Positions 9,529 to 18,659 of a DNA stretch of 58,172 nucleotides are shown in pieces; the stretch's first letter is position 1, and every line of letters starts with the position of its first letter. The stretch lies in NCBI GenBank assembly GCA_965552135.1, contig CBEVQY010000015.1, positions 1 through 58,172 on the forward strand. The letters are read 5' to 3'. The position numbers and the translations under genes are program-made. The notes under the pieces were generated by a model. That model searched no databases. It was not told where the DNA came from and saw only the letters and a program-made list of their open reading frames with translations. This DNA comes from an uncultured bacterium. GTDB lineage: Bacteria > UBP14 > UBA6098 > B30-G16.

Positions 9529-10491
9529 ATGAGATACGAGCATCCTGTCCGCGTTGTCGTCATCGGAGTTGGCAGCATGGGAACACTCCACTGCGAAAAG
9601 CTTTTGAGGATGCCCGACGTTCGCCTTATAGGCGTTTGGGACAAGGACGAGGCGCGGCGTGTTTCCGTCGCGAGGCGTTTTGGCGTCAAGGCGTTTGCGT
9701 CGCTCGATGAGGCGATAGGCTACGCCCAGGCGGTCGTTCTGGCAACCCCGACGAACACGCACGGCAGGCTCGGCGTGCAGGTCCTGCAGCGGGCGAGGCA
9801 CCTTTTCGTGGAAAAACCCCTCGCCGCCACAAGCGACGAAGCCGAAATCCTCGTTGACCTCGCCGCAGAGCACGGAGTAGTCCTTATGGTTGGTCACATC
9901 GAGAACTTCAACCCCGCGTTCGCGAAGGCAAGGGAGTTCATAGACTCTCCCCTGTTCATCGAGGCGCACAGGCTAACGCGGTTTCGCGGCAGAGGCGACG
10001 ACGTCTCCGTCGTGCACGATTTGATGATCCACGACATAGAGCTTGTCGCGGGCATGGTCGGCTGTCAGGTGGACTTCATCCATGCCTCGGGCGCAGCAGT
10101 GCTCACCGACAAAGTCGACATAGCCAACGTGCGCATCCAGTTCAACTGCGGCTGCGTCGCCAACTTCACCGCAAGCAGATTGTCCCTCTCGCCGAAGCGG
10201 AAGATGAGGATCTTCCAGCAAAGCTGTTACATATCCGTCGACTTCTCCGGGCGGGTTCTGGAGGTGGCTCGCCCCGCAGGAAAAAACCCCGAGGGTGAGG
10301 TCATCGAAATGGACGGATTTAAGATAGAACTTTTGCGCCCCAAGCTGCCCGAAGGCGATCCGCTTGAGGCGGAGCTTAGGTTCTTCATCGACTGCGTCAA
10401 GTCGGACACCCCTCCGCCCGTGGAGTCGGCTCTGGCGGCAGTGAGGATATGTGAGCAAATCTCGGAGGCGCTTGAAGCGCAGCGGGGCTAA
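9529..10491 (+). CDS. Gfo/Idh/MocA oxidoreductase, GnnA-like (UDP-GlcNAc 3-dehydrogenase-like)
   Basis: GVGSMG Rossmann motif, VEKPLA, VGHIENFNPA, DVSVVHDLMIHDI, DIANVRIQF..GCVANFTASRLS. Confidence 0.85.
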   Translation: MRYEHPVRVVVIGVGSMGTLHCEKLLRMPDVRLIGVWDKDEARRVSVARRFGVKAFASLDEAIGYAQAVVLATPTNTHGRLGVQVLQRARHLFVEKPLAATSDEAEILVDLAAEHGVVLMVGHIENFNPAFAKAREFIDSPLFIEAHRLTRFRGRGDDVSVVHDLMIHDIELVAGMVGCQVDFIHASGAAVLTDKVDIANVRIQFNCGCVANFTASRLSLSPKRKMRIFQQSCYISVDFSGRVLEVARPAGKNPEGEVIEMDGFKIELLRPKLPEGDPLEAELRFFIDCVKSDTPPPVESALAAVRICEQISEALEAQRG

Positions 10492-11159
10492 CCCAACCTG
10501 CCCCGACAGGGCTTGATGCACATCCCGCAGATGTAATGCCCCATCCCCCGCTTCGTGAACTCCTTAAGCATTTCGAAGCACTTTTGGTGATCCCACTCTT
10601 CGCGCGTTTCGCCCAAAGCCCCCGCCGGGCACGAATCGATGCACCTTCGGCATGTGCCACAGTCCATCGCAAGGGGCTTGCCCGGCACAAGCTCCATATC
10701 CGTCAAAACCGAGACGAAGCGCACATGCGATCCGAACTGCGGCGTTACGGCGAGGTTGTTCCTCCCCCAGAAGGCGACTCCCGCCTCGACGGCGGCGTGT
10801 CGATGGGAAAAATGACCCCACTGACGCTCCCAATCCACCGTCTGGCTCGCGGGAACGTGGAGAGCGTTGAATCCTTGAAGCTCTATCCACTCCACAACGC
10901 GAAGCGCAGAGCGATCGAGCAGGTAGTTCAGCTGCCTGTAGTGGTTGAAGTAAAGCAGGTTCGGTCCGTCCACAAGCGTCGACGTTACGGCGTAGGACAC
11001 CTTGTAGCCGAATACCACCGCGAACGGGAACTTGTCCCGCAGGAACTCCACATCCGGGTGAAACCAAAGCTTTTCGGTTTTCGCAACGCCGAAGACGGGC
11101 GCCTCGAGCACCTTGTGTACATACAACCCGAGCCTTTCTGTGTTAGCGGCGGCGTCCAT
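10488..11159 (-). CDS. Short QueG/reductive-dehalogenase-like 4Fe-4S protein (epoxyqueuosine reductase family)
   Basis: FSHRHAAVEAG..GRNNL..TPQFGSHVRFVSVLT, CGTCRRCIDSCP and CGMCIKPC. Start at MDAA assumed. Confidence 0.75.
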   Translation of the reverse strand: MDAAANTERLGLYVHKVLEAPVFGVAKTEKLWFHPDVEFLRDKFPFAVVFGYKVSYAVTSTLVDGPNLLYFNHYRQLNYLLDRSALRVVEWIELQGFNALHVPASQTVDWERQWGHFSHRHAAVEAGVAFWGRNNLAVTPQFGSHVRFVSVLTDMELVPGKPLAMDCGTCRRCIDSCPAGALGETREEWDHQKCFEMLKEFTKRGMGHYICGMCIKPCRGRLG

Positions 11160-11207
11160 CGCAACTGTTCTCTGTGAAAAAATGAAAATATTTATCCTTT
11201 CACGCAC

Positions 11208-13589
11208 TTACCTTGCCAGCGCAACTGTTCCCTCGCAAACGATTTCCCCGCCAACTTCAACGATATATAAATACAAACCTTCGGGCACGTCGTTTCCGGT
11301 TGAATCTCGCCCATCCCATGCGGCAAAGCCTTTCCATCCGAAGCCCGCTGGAACATCTATAGAGCGCAGGAGAACTCCGTGTAAGTCGTAAATATAGATC
11401 GTTCCCTCCTCATATCCGAACCCAGGCGCAGAAAAGTAGCATAAGTCGTTGATGCCGTCGCCGTTCGGTGTGAACGGGTTTGGGATACGTGCACAACCTA
11501 TAATAGGCGGTAAAGCGAAAAGCCAAGAGTAGTTGGCGCAGTTGGGATCACAGAGGTCAGGGGAATCGCATAAGTGCAGCCGGACTAAAACCGTTTCCCC
11601 TGGCGAAAAGGTCAGACCGAAGGACTCGGGCATTACATAAAGTTTATCCGCACATATATCCATAAATTCAGCTGGGATCTCAAGGTCGTTTAGCCATAGA
11701 CTAACTGTGGATGTGTCAACACCAGCCAAATTGTCGGAGAAGCTAATCTCAATGTCTTGGTAAAGGTCGAAGGTCAATCCGTCGTCAGGAATCTCACCGG
11801 AAGCGCCGTTAGGTTCGCCTATAGGAGGCGAAGTCATCGAAGCCGTTGGCGGAATGAAATCAAATTCGGCTGTGTAGAACGAATCGAGAGAATACCCGCA
11901 GCCGTCAACTAAGTGGAGATGAAAGCAGTGAGTACCCGTTGTCCAATATCCGGAGTCAGGAGTAAGACGCAACAACGTATCGAGCGAGAGCCAAGGCGAG
12001 GCAAGGGAGAAAGAGTCGGTCTGATCTATGATCAGGTAAGTTCCTTCGGAATCTACAGAAGAACAAAGCGGGTCGATATATACGGAAAAATATATTTCTT
12101 GATCATCGCAAGCTATTATGGCATCTCTCGGTGGGGTTAAGAGATGGGCCTGTGGAGGACGCGCGACAGGGAATGCGCAGCTGTCATAGCCACAATTACA
12201 AAAGCTATCGTGCGCTGCAACTACGAACCAAATGCTATCGCATTCGCTTACCTCGGCCGGAGCAACCCAATCAAGCATAGTGTTATCAACCACTATAATC
12301 GTATCGTAAAGGCAACCTGTTCCGTAAACATGGACAGAGCAAGGTGCACTGCGCCAAAAAAGATCATCGACTGTCCATGAGAGACTTAACGTATCGCCGA
12401 CCATAATGAAAGGAACCCCTGTCGAGCAACTGGCACACACATCAGGTGGACGCGAATCCAAAGGAGCAAATGCTGTGTCAGCTACTGGACATAGCCACGA
12501 TTCCCCGTAGCTCCCCGGGCCATAAATATACACGATATGAGATAAGTAAGAGGTAATAAACAGGTAGCAACCCGTGAAACACAATCCATGAGGTATTAAT
12601 GGAAGCGGGTGGGTATATACGGTGTCCAACACGCTTAAGAGATCGCTATAGCTGAAAACATACACTCCTGACCACGCCGCAACCCAAAATCGTCCTCCAG
12701 CCAGCGTTATACCTTCATAATTGTGGGATTCAGACAGCAGGATCACTGTTGCTGTAGCCAATGTTCCAGGAGCGGCAAAGCTGTCAGGGTAAAAACCACA
12801 AATTACATTAGCAGCATCGTCTATCACATAGAGTAAGCTATCATCGTGTGTAAGCCCCTCGAAATACGAAAATCCTCTAATAAAATACTTACCCAATATT
12901 GCCCAGCTACTGGGGTCGAGTTGGAATATAGCTCCGTCGTGCCCGGTAACCCAAAGGTAACCAAATGCATACGTGAGTCCCTGACTGGTTTCAAATGCGT
13001 CTGTTTCTATTGTGTCGCAGCGAATCAAATTCCCAGTACATCTATCATATTCAAAAAGACATATAGCGGTATCGTACGGAACTATGCCATCAGCTGCGAT
13101 TATAATGGTACTTTCCGTTACAGTTGCGTCTTGTCCGCGACCACTTCCAAAATATATCGAATCTGTGAGGTTCCAGATAACGGAGTCTGCGCAGAAGTAA
13201 TTTATATAAACCCGCAGCCGCAAGAGCCAATCGTATCCCTCATGCACTGTATCAGCGTTCATTTCCCAATAGAAGCAATGAACACCTGTATCAACGACAC
13301 CTAAAACAGCAGAAGTTTCTAATAAAGTGGAAAACCAGCCTTCGCCCGGTGCAACCCAGTTGCCGCCTGAATCTGCACTCATGTCAATATAAACAACGAA
13401 AGTTGTGTCGGGGCAGTTTGAGCACAAACGGTAGCATATGTCAACTTCATTGCGAGTGTCGCAGAGAGTTTCTTCGGAAAGCCACAGCGTGTCGATCCAA
13501 ACCGCACAATCTGTGACCTGGCCATACGCTAAACTGCACAAACATATCCCAAGCGCATATACCATTGCATTTTTCATTGGACTATACAT
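11208..13589 (-). CDS. Cys-rich secreted protein with beta-propeller-like central domain and gliding-motility/T9SS type B CTD; AT-richer than flanks
   Basis: Signal peptide; repeated QGLTY/EGLTH/EGITL/HGLCF blades; CDSPDLCDPNC; PNPFTPNGDGIND; WDGRDSTG; terminal EGTVALAR. Confidence 0.85.
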   Translation of the reverse strand: MYSPMKNAMVYALGICLCSLAYGQVTDCAVWIDTLWLSEETLCDTRNEVDICYRLCSNCPDTTFVVYIDMSADSGGNWVAPGEGWFSTLLETSAVLGVVDTGVHCFYWEMNADTVHEGYDWLLRLRVYINYFCADSVIWNLTDSIYFGSGRGQDATVTESTIIIAADGIVPYDTAICLFEYDRCTGNLIRCDTIETDAFETSQGLTYAFGYLWVTGHDGAIFQLDPSSWAILGKYFIRGFSYFEGLTHDDSLLYVIDDAANVICGFYPDSFAAPGTLATATVILLSESHNYEGITLAGGRFWVAAWSGVYVFSYSDLLSVLDTVYTHPLPLIPHGLCFTGCYLFITSYLSHIVYIYGPGSYGESWLCPVADTAFAPLDSRPPDVCASCSTGVPFIMVGDTLSLSWTVDDLFWRSAPCSVHVYGTGCLYDTIIVVDNTMLDWVAPAEVSECDSIWFVVAAHDSFCNCGYDSCAFPVARPPQAHLLTPPRDAIIACDDQEIYFSVYIDPLCSSVDSEGTYLIIDQTDSFSLASPWLSLDTLLRLTPDSGYWTTGTHCFHLHLVDGCGYSLDSFYTAEFDFIPPTASMTSPPIGEPNGASGEIPDDGLTFDLYQDIEISFSDNLAGVDTSTVSLWLNDLEIPAEFMDICADKLYVMPESFGLTFSPGETVLVRLHLCDSPDLCDPNCANYSWLFALPPIIGCARIPNPFTPNGDGINDLCYFSAPGFGYEEGTIYIYDLHGVLLRSIDVPAGFGWKGFAAWDGRDSTGNDVPEGLYLYIVEVGGEIVCEGTVALAR

Positions 13590-13592
13590 CTT

Positions 13593-16544
13593 TTAGAATT
13601 CAAGTCCAAGGCTTAGGTAGTGCACTGGCTTTGCCGAAAAGTTCTGTAGGTCGGTCGTCCAGGCGATATCGTAGTGCAGCGAGAAGAGCCATACCCACGA
13701 CCTCATCCCAAAGCCCAGCCCCATCTTTACGTCTCGCAGGCGCCCTTCGCGGGTTCCGCGGAATCGGCTGTAGGGTTTCGCCGCCACAGCGCCCACATCG
13801 ACGAAAAGGGCGCCGTTTACGCCGCGCACAATCACCGGCGGAAAGCCCAGGTCGAGGTATTTTACGAACGGGTAGCGAAACTCGAAGTTGAAAAGCGCGA
13901 AAGAGTTGCCACAAAAGGCGAAGTAATCGTAGCCGCGAAGGGGGCAAACCATGCGGGAAAGGTAGATATCCGCAATTGAGTAGACGTCGTTTCGCGCCAC
14001 CCTGTAGTTCAGCCACTGGTACGTTCCGCCGAGGTAGTATTTTTTGGGGCGGCGTCCGTCCGAGTATCCGGCGGCAAGCCTCAGAGCGAAGGCGTATCCG
14101 CCGCCGAGATGGCAGTACTCCCTCAGGTCAACCTCCGCAGCCCAGTAGGACTGAGGATTCCGCCCAACATTAGGGATGAGCTCCAAATCAAACCTCCGGC
14201 GCGCACCAGCGAGGGGACCAGTGTAGCCCCAGAGGGAGTTGTCGAACACAAGTGCGCCGCCGATTATTAGGTTCTCGGAGTACGTATCATCGTAGGGCGG
14301 AGTATAGTAAAATCTGTCGACCGCAAACCCGCCGGCGAACGCCTCCGCCCGCGAAAACTGCGAAAACGGATAAAGCGCAAGGACGCTGGCGCCGTAAAAC
14401 CTGTCCGAAAAAAGTCTGTCGAGCTCATCGACGAAAAAGTTCTTGTAGTGGAAGGCGGTAAAGTAGAAGTCAGTTCGCCTCGAGAGATAGCCATAACCCA
14501 GGTAGAAGTTGGAGTTCTCCAGGCTCTGGTAGAGGTCGGTTGCGATCATTATCTGGTGGTTTCCGAGGACGTCGGAGAGCAGAAGCACCGACGACCCCTC
14601 AAGACCGTAATACGTGCTGTAGCCGAAGTTGACCATGGCAAGATCAGCCGAAAACTGTGGGCTGTAGCGCTTTGGCGCGGAGGTGTCCTCCGCCTCCTCC
14701 GTGAAGCGGTATTTCGAAAGCTTTCCCCAAAGCATCCTCTGCACGTCGAGTTCCTCGCCGCTTGTGTCGGGGGGTTCCTTTTTTGTTCGTTTTTGCTCGA
14801 ACTCGAACGCCGTTTCGAACTCACCCGAAACCACCACGGGCGCCGCGTCCCTGAGGACGTATATATCCCAGCCGCCGTTCCAGAAGGCAGAGAAAGCTAT
14901 CGACTTCCCGTCGCCCGACCAGCTCGGTGTGTAGGCTGCGCACACAAGATCGGTAACCGCGTATATCGTGTCGCGCGAAAGATCAGCAACGTATATGTTG
15001 GCAACGCCGTTGCGCTTCGACGTGAACGCTATCCGGTCGTCCACGGGGGAGAAGACGGGGTATGTATTGTCGGCGCCGTCGAACGTGACGGGAATCACCT
15101 GCCCGCTCTCGAGGTCGGCGACGAATATATTGTACTTGCCGAAGCCTTCCTCATCTGCGCCGTCTGTGGGTCGGTCCGACGAGAAGGCGATACAGCCGCC
15201 GTCGCTTGAGAAAGAGGGATAATTGTCGTCGTATACGTCGTTGGTGACGGCTTCGAGGAACGACCCCGCGGTGTCGGTTATGAATATATCCCTCTGTCCG
15301 TCGTGCAGCCCCGCAAAGACCAAAAGCTCTCCGTTCGGCGAGAACGACGGCGAGCTTATCTCCCTTATCCCGTCCTCCGCGAAGGTTATCGTTCGTATGC
15401 GCTTTCGGCGTTGCACGTCCAGGATGGCGATTCCGTCGCAGTAGCCAAGCTTGACCGAATAAGCGAGATACCTGCCGTCCGGCGAAAACGACAACCTGCT
15501 TTTGAGGGGATGGAACGACTGAGAGCTTCCCGAGCGCTCGCCCTTCGCTATCCTGCGCACGATGCCCGTCGGTATGTCGATTATGAAGATGTCGCTGTAA
15601 TCGCCGCGGTCGGATATGAACGCTATCTGATCCTTGGCGGGGTTATATGCGGGCTGAACGTTGAAGTTGCTTCGGTCCTCGTTGTGATCGGTGAGTCTTT
15701 CGGCGATGTCCTCGGGCAGGCTGTGCCCCTGGAGCTGCGGGTAGTACCGCCGCCTGACCCAAAGCCTCCAGCCGCGATACAGCTCGTCGAGTCCTATGCC
15801 GAGCGCGCCGCGAACAACCCGCTCAGCAGTAACCTCGACCCTGCCCTTCGCAAGCAGCTCCCCCAGCTTCTTCCTGCCCCAGCGCTCCGCTATGTAGTGC
15901 AAAATTGACTGCCCCTCCTTGTAAACCAAATAGCCGCTGAGTTCCTGAGGGGGTTTTATGTAGTCGTTGAGCACGGCGTCGCGGAGGTACATATCGGCTT
16001 CGGGGTCCCAGCCGAGGCTCTCGAACTCCGAAAGCCCCTCCGAAAGCCAGAGGGGCAGGTGAAACACCCTGTTTAAGGAGAGGACGCCGGCAGGTGCGCT
16101 GCCGTAGAGGAAGTCGAATGTGAAGGCGTGGGTCAGCTCGTGGATGAGGACGTGTCTGAAATCCTCCCAGCTGCCGTCAAAAGGGACGACGACGCGGTTT
16201 TTGAGCATCTCCGTGAAGCCACCAACGCCCTCGGGCAGTATCGTCGGCGTCACGTTCGTCTCCTGGAAGTCGAACTGCGTGGGATATATCACCACCGAGA
16301 TTCGATCCTGCGGGGAATATGAGAAGTCGTCGGAGAGCTGGTCGAGCCCTGCCTCAAGCTGCCTGCGCGCAAACTCCATCAAATGCTCGTAGCCCTTGGG
16401 GTAATATATCCGGAAGTCCGGCGTGACGATGTAGTACCAATCGGTTTTGCCGTACTGGACCTTGTTCCGCCCGAACTGAGCCCAAAGCGTGGACAGAACC
16501 AGAATCAAAAGCAGCGCTATTTTCGCTTTAGAGCCAGCGTTCAC
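13593..16544 (-). CDS. Omp85/BamA-TamA barrel protein with N-terminal zinc peptidase (MA clan) domain and PD40/TolB-like beta-propeller
   Basis: AQFGRNKVQY N-terminus; HELTH..PLWLSEGLSE; repeats FSPDG/FSPNG/FSSDG/WSGDG; LRGY and GALFVDVG barrel motifs; terminal LGLEF. Confidence 0.88.
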   Translation of the reverse strand: MNAGSKAKIALLLILVLSTLWAQFGRNKVQYGKTDWYYIVTPDFRIYYPKGYEHLMEFARRQLEAGLDQLSDDFSYSPQDRISVVIYPTQFDFQETNVTPTILPEGVGGFTEMLKNRVVVPFDGSWEDFRHVLIHELTHAFTFDFLYGSAPAGVLSLNRVFHLPLWLSEGLSEFESLGWDPEADMYLRDAVLNDYIKPPQELSGYLVYKEGQSILHYIAERWGRKKLGELLAKGRVEVTAERVVRGALGIGLDELYRGWRLWVRRRYYPQLQGHSLPEDIAERLTDHNEDRSNFNVQPAYNPAKDQIAFISDRGDYSDIFIIDIPTGIVRRIAKGERSGSSQSFHPLKSRLSFSPDGRYLAYSVKLGYCDGIAILDVQRRKRIRTITFAEDGIREISSPSFSPNGELLVFAGLHDGQRDIFITDTAGSFLEAVTNDVYDDNYPSFSSDGGCIAFSSDRPTDGADEEGFGKYNIFVADLESGQVIPVTFDGADNTYPVFSPVDDRIAFTSKRNGVANIYVADLSRDTIYAVTDLVCAAYTPSWSGDGKSIAFSAFWNGGWDIYVLRDAAPVVVSGEFETAFEFEQKRTKKEPPDTSGEELDVQRMLWGKLSKYRFTEEAEDTSAPKRYSPQFSADLAMVNFGYSTYYGLEGSSVLLLSDVLGNHQIMIATDLYQSLENSNFYLGYGYLSRRTDFYFTAFHYKNFFVDELDRLFSDRFYGASVLALYPFSQFSRAEAFAGGFAVDRFYYTPPYDDTYSENLIIGGALVFDNSLWGYTGPLAGARRRFDLELIPNVGRNPQSYWAAEVDLREYCHLGGGYAFALRLAAGYSDGRRPKKYYLGGTYQWLNYRVARNDVYSIADIYLSRMVCPLRGYDYFAFCGNSFALFNFEFRYPFVKYLDLGFPPVIVRGVNGALFVDVGAVAAKPYSRFRGTREGRLRDVKMGLGFGMRSWVWLFSLHYDIAWTTDLQNFSAKPVHYLSLGLEF

Positions 16545-16550
16545 AATACT

Positions 16551-16579
16551 ATTTTAGGCGGCGGCGGTTGCCAAATCAA
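16551..16579 (-). promoter_or_regulatory. Putative sigma70 promoter, probably giving a leaderless mRNA for the Omp85 gene
   Basis: TTGATT-N17-TAAAAT. The GTG start lies 7 nt after the -10 box and there is no SD. Confidence 0.55.
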
Positions 16580-16588
16580 GGGCAATCG

Positions 16589-17998
16589 CTAAAGGATGAT
16601 GCTTTCGAGCGTTCCGACGACCCTCGGCGGCTCTTCGCCGTCGAAGTCTCCCTCGATCACGACTCCTTCGGCGCGACTTCCCGGCGACATGGGCTCTTCC
16701 TCCCCCGCCCACGCCGCGGGCGCAGCGGAGAACAGAGCCAGCGCCTCGCGCAGCGAAAGCCTGTGGGCGGGGTTGGGGTGATGCATTGCGGCGAAGATGC
16801 CCGCCACGGGGTCGATAGGCGTGACGTATGCGTCCGAGCCGCCTATAAGTGCAACGCCGGCTTTCAGCGCCGTGGCGAATGGGTTGGTTTGGCGCCAGCG
16901 CTCGCCTAAACGGCGCGCGTACATCCCATCCGGACCGCCCCAGCGAAGCTCAAAAGCCGGCTGAACCGAAAGCACGAGCCCGAGCCTTGCGGCGCGCTCA
17001 AGCTGAGATGGCGTTATAAGCTCCGCATGCTCTATCCGCCACCGCGCAAGGTCGCCCCCGCCCGAGACCCTCTCGGCAACCCGAATGTACTGCTCCACAG
17101 CTCTGTCGCCTATTGCGTGCATCGCCACGGCGAGTCCAGAGCTTAGGGCGGCGGCGAAAAAGCGCTCGAGCTCGTCGTCGCTCATATAGAGGGCGCCGCG
17201 GCTCTCCGGCGCGTCGGCGTACGGGAAGGACAGAGCGGCGGTGCGCGAGCCAAGCGAGCCGTCGAGCAAAAGGCATCCCCCGATCTGCTTCAGACCCAGC
17301 GAGGAAACCTCCTCCACGTCGGTGCTCTCGACGAAGACCACAACGCGCACCGGAAGGTCCCCGGCTATGTTCAGGAGAACCTCCGCCCAATCGGCGAACG
17401 GCACGAGTGCGTGGACGGTTTTGACGCCGGCATTTGCCGCCTCGAGCGCCACCCTGCGAGCCGCCGAAATCAGCGCATCCTTAGGGACACTTCGCAGAAA
17501 AAACTCCACCACGCGCTCCCCCAAAGCGCCGGTGTACACGCCCGACTCACGGCGAAGCTTCTGGGGGAGCATCTTGAGGGCTCCCGCCGAAAGCGAGCAC
17601 GTATGCCCGTCGACGCGGCGCAGGAAGATGGGGACGCCTGGCGCAACGGCGTCAAGCTCGTGCGCAAAAGGCATGCGGTCGATAGGATCATACCCCCAAG
17701 CCCAAACGACATCCCCCACGGAATGCCGCTCCAGGGGCGTCCACCGAAGGACGGACAAAAGCTCCGAAAGCGTCCTGACCCCAGAGAGGTCCAGAGCCGA
17801 AAGGTAAAGCCCGGTTTGGAAGAAGGGGACGTGGCAGGCGGCAAGCGGTGGCAGAACGCTTCTTTACCCAAGCTCGATCACCTCGGCGCCCTCGGGGACA
17901 TCGGGGGCGTTGTCGACGCTCAAAACCCTTCTGCCCTCGACTACAAGGCGCCTAAACTCCCCGCGCGGCGTTATGATCCTGCCCAAAACGACCTTCAT
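16589..17998 (-). pseudogene. YtcJ-like amidohydrolase (amidohydro_3) interrupted by an in-frame TAA at 17864-17866 (pseudogene or consensus error)
   Basis: MKVVLG...VIELG* continues in frame as RSVLPPLAACHVPF...DGH...LDGSLGSRTAAL...HAIGDRA...RIEHAE...GSD. Confidence 0.8.
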
Positions 17999-18548
17999 CC
18001 CGCCGCCCCCGCTTTTTTCGGAAGATGCGTCTGATGGCCACGGCAACGCCAATGCCGAACGAGGCGCCCAACAAGAATCCCCCGACAACATCGCCCGGGT
18101 AGTGGACTCCAAGGTAAACCCTCGAGAGTCCCACCGTAAGCGCAAGCGGCACACTCGCCCAAAGCGTTTTTGGGGCGAATGTTCCCAGCGCGGCTGCGAT
18201 CGCGGCGGAGTTTGCGGCGTGGTTCGACGGAAACGAGAACCTGCCGCCACACCCCCCAACAAGGCGAACCGAAAGCTCCCAGCACGGTCGGAGTCTGCCG
18301 AAAAGCGGCTTCAGGAGCTTTGTGACAAGCGGGTCGGTGATAGCCACGGCAACGAGCGCGGCAAGAACAGCCAAACGCCAACGCACACCCCCACGCCAAG
18401 CGAAAAACGCAAAAAGCACAAAAAGCGCAGGAACCCAAAAGCCCCTGTCGCTTAAAAAGAGCATCACGACATCGAGCTGGGTGCAGCCAAGCCCACGGTT
18501 TACCAGACAAAAGAGCTTTTGATCAATCGCAAGCACGACAAGAAACAT
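17952..18548 (-). CDS. PAP2-family membrane phosphatase
   Basis: KPLFGRLRP, SFPSNHA, SRVYLGVHYPGDV motifs. Start at ATG 18548 (MFLVV). Confidence 0.92.
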   Translation of the reverse strand: MFLVVLAIDQKLFCLVNRGLGCTQLDVVMLFLSDRGFWVPALFVLFAFFAWRGGVRWRLAVLAALVAVAITDPLVTKLLKPLFGRLRPCWELSVRLVGGCGGRFSFPSNHAANSAAIAAALGTFAPKTLWASVPLALTVGLSRVYLGVHYPGDVVGGFLLGASFGIGVAVAIRRIFRKKRGRRDEGRFGQDHNAARGV

Positions 18549-18659
18549 AATCGCCTCTGCGGAGAAAGCGAAGCGAATTTTGCCCGCGGGCGATTTCGCT
18601 TGCGTCGCACGGCGATTCGAGATAATCTTTTTTCGCCGCAAGGAAACGAGGGGGCAAGT

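Noticed and set aside
11160..11230. 11-bp direct repeat CGCAACTGTTC at 11160 and 11220 as a target-site duplication
   Set aside because: Both copies are on the same side of the AT-rich gene and one is inside its conserved C-terminal coding sequence, so they do not flank an insertion.
3..13589. Diversity-generating retroelement or recent duplication linking the two CTD paralogs
   Set aside because: Nucleotide similarity is only moderate, differences are not adenine-specific, and no reverse transcriptase is present.
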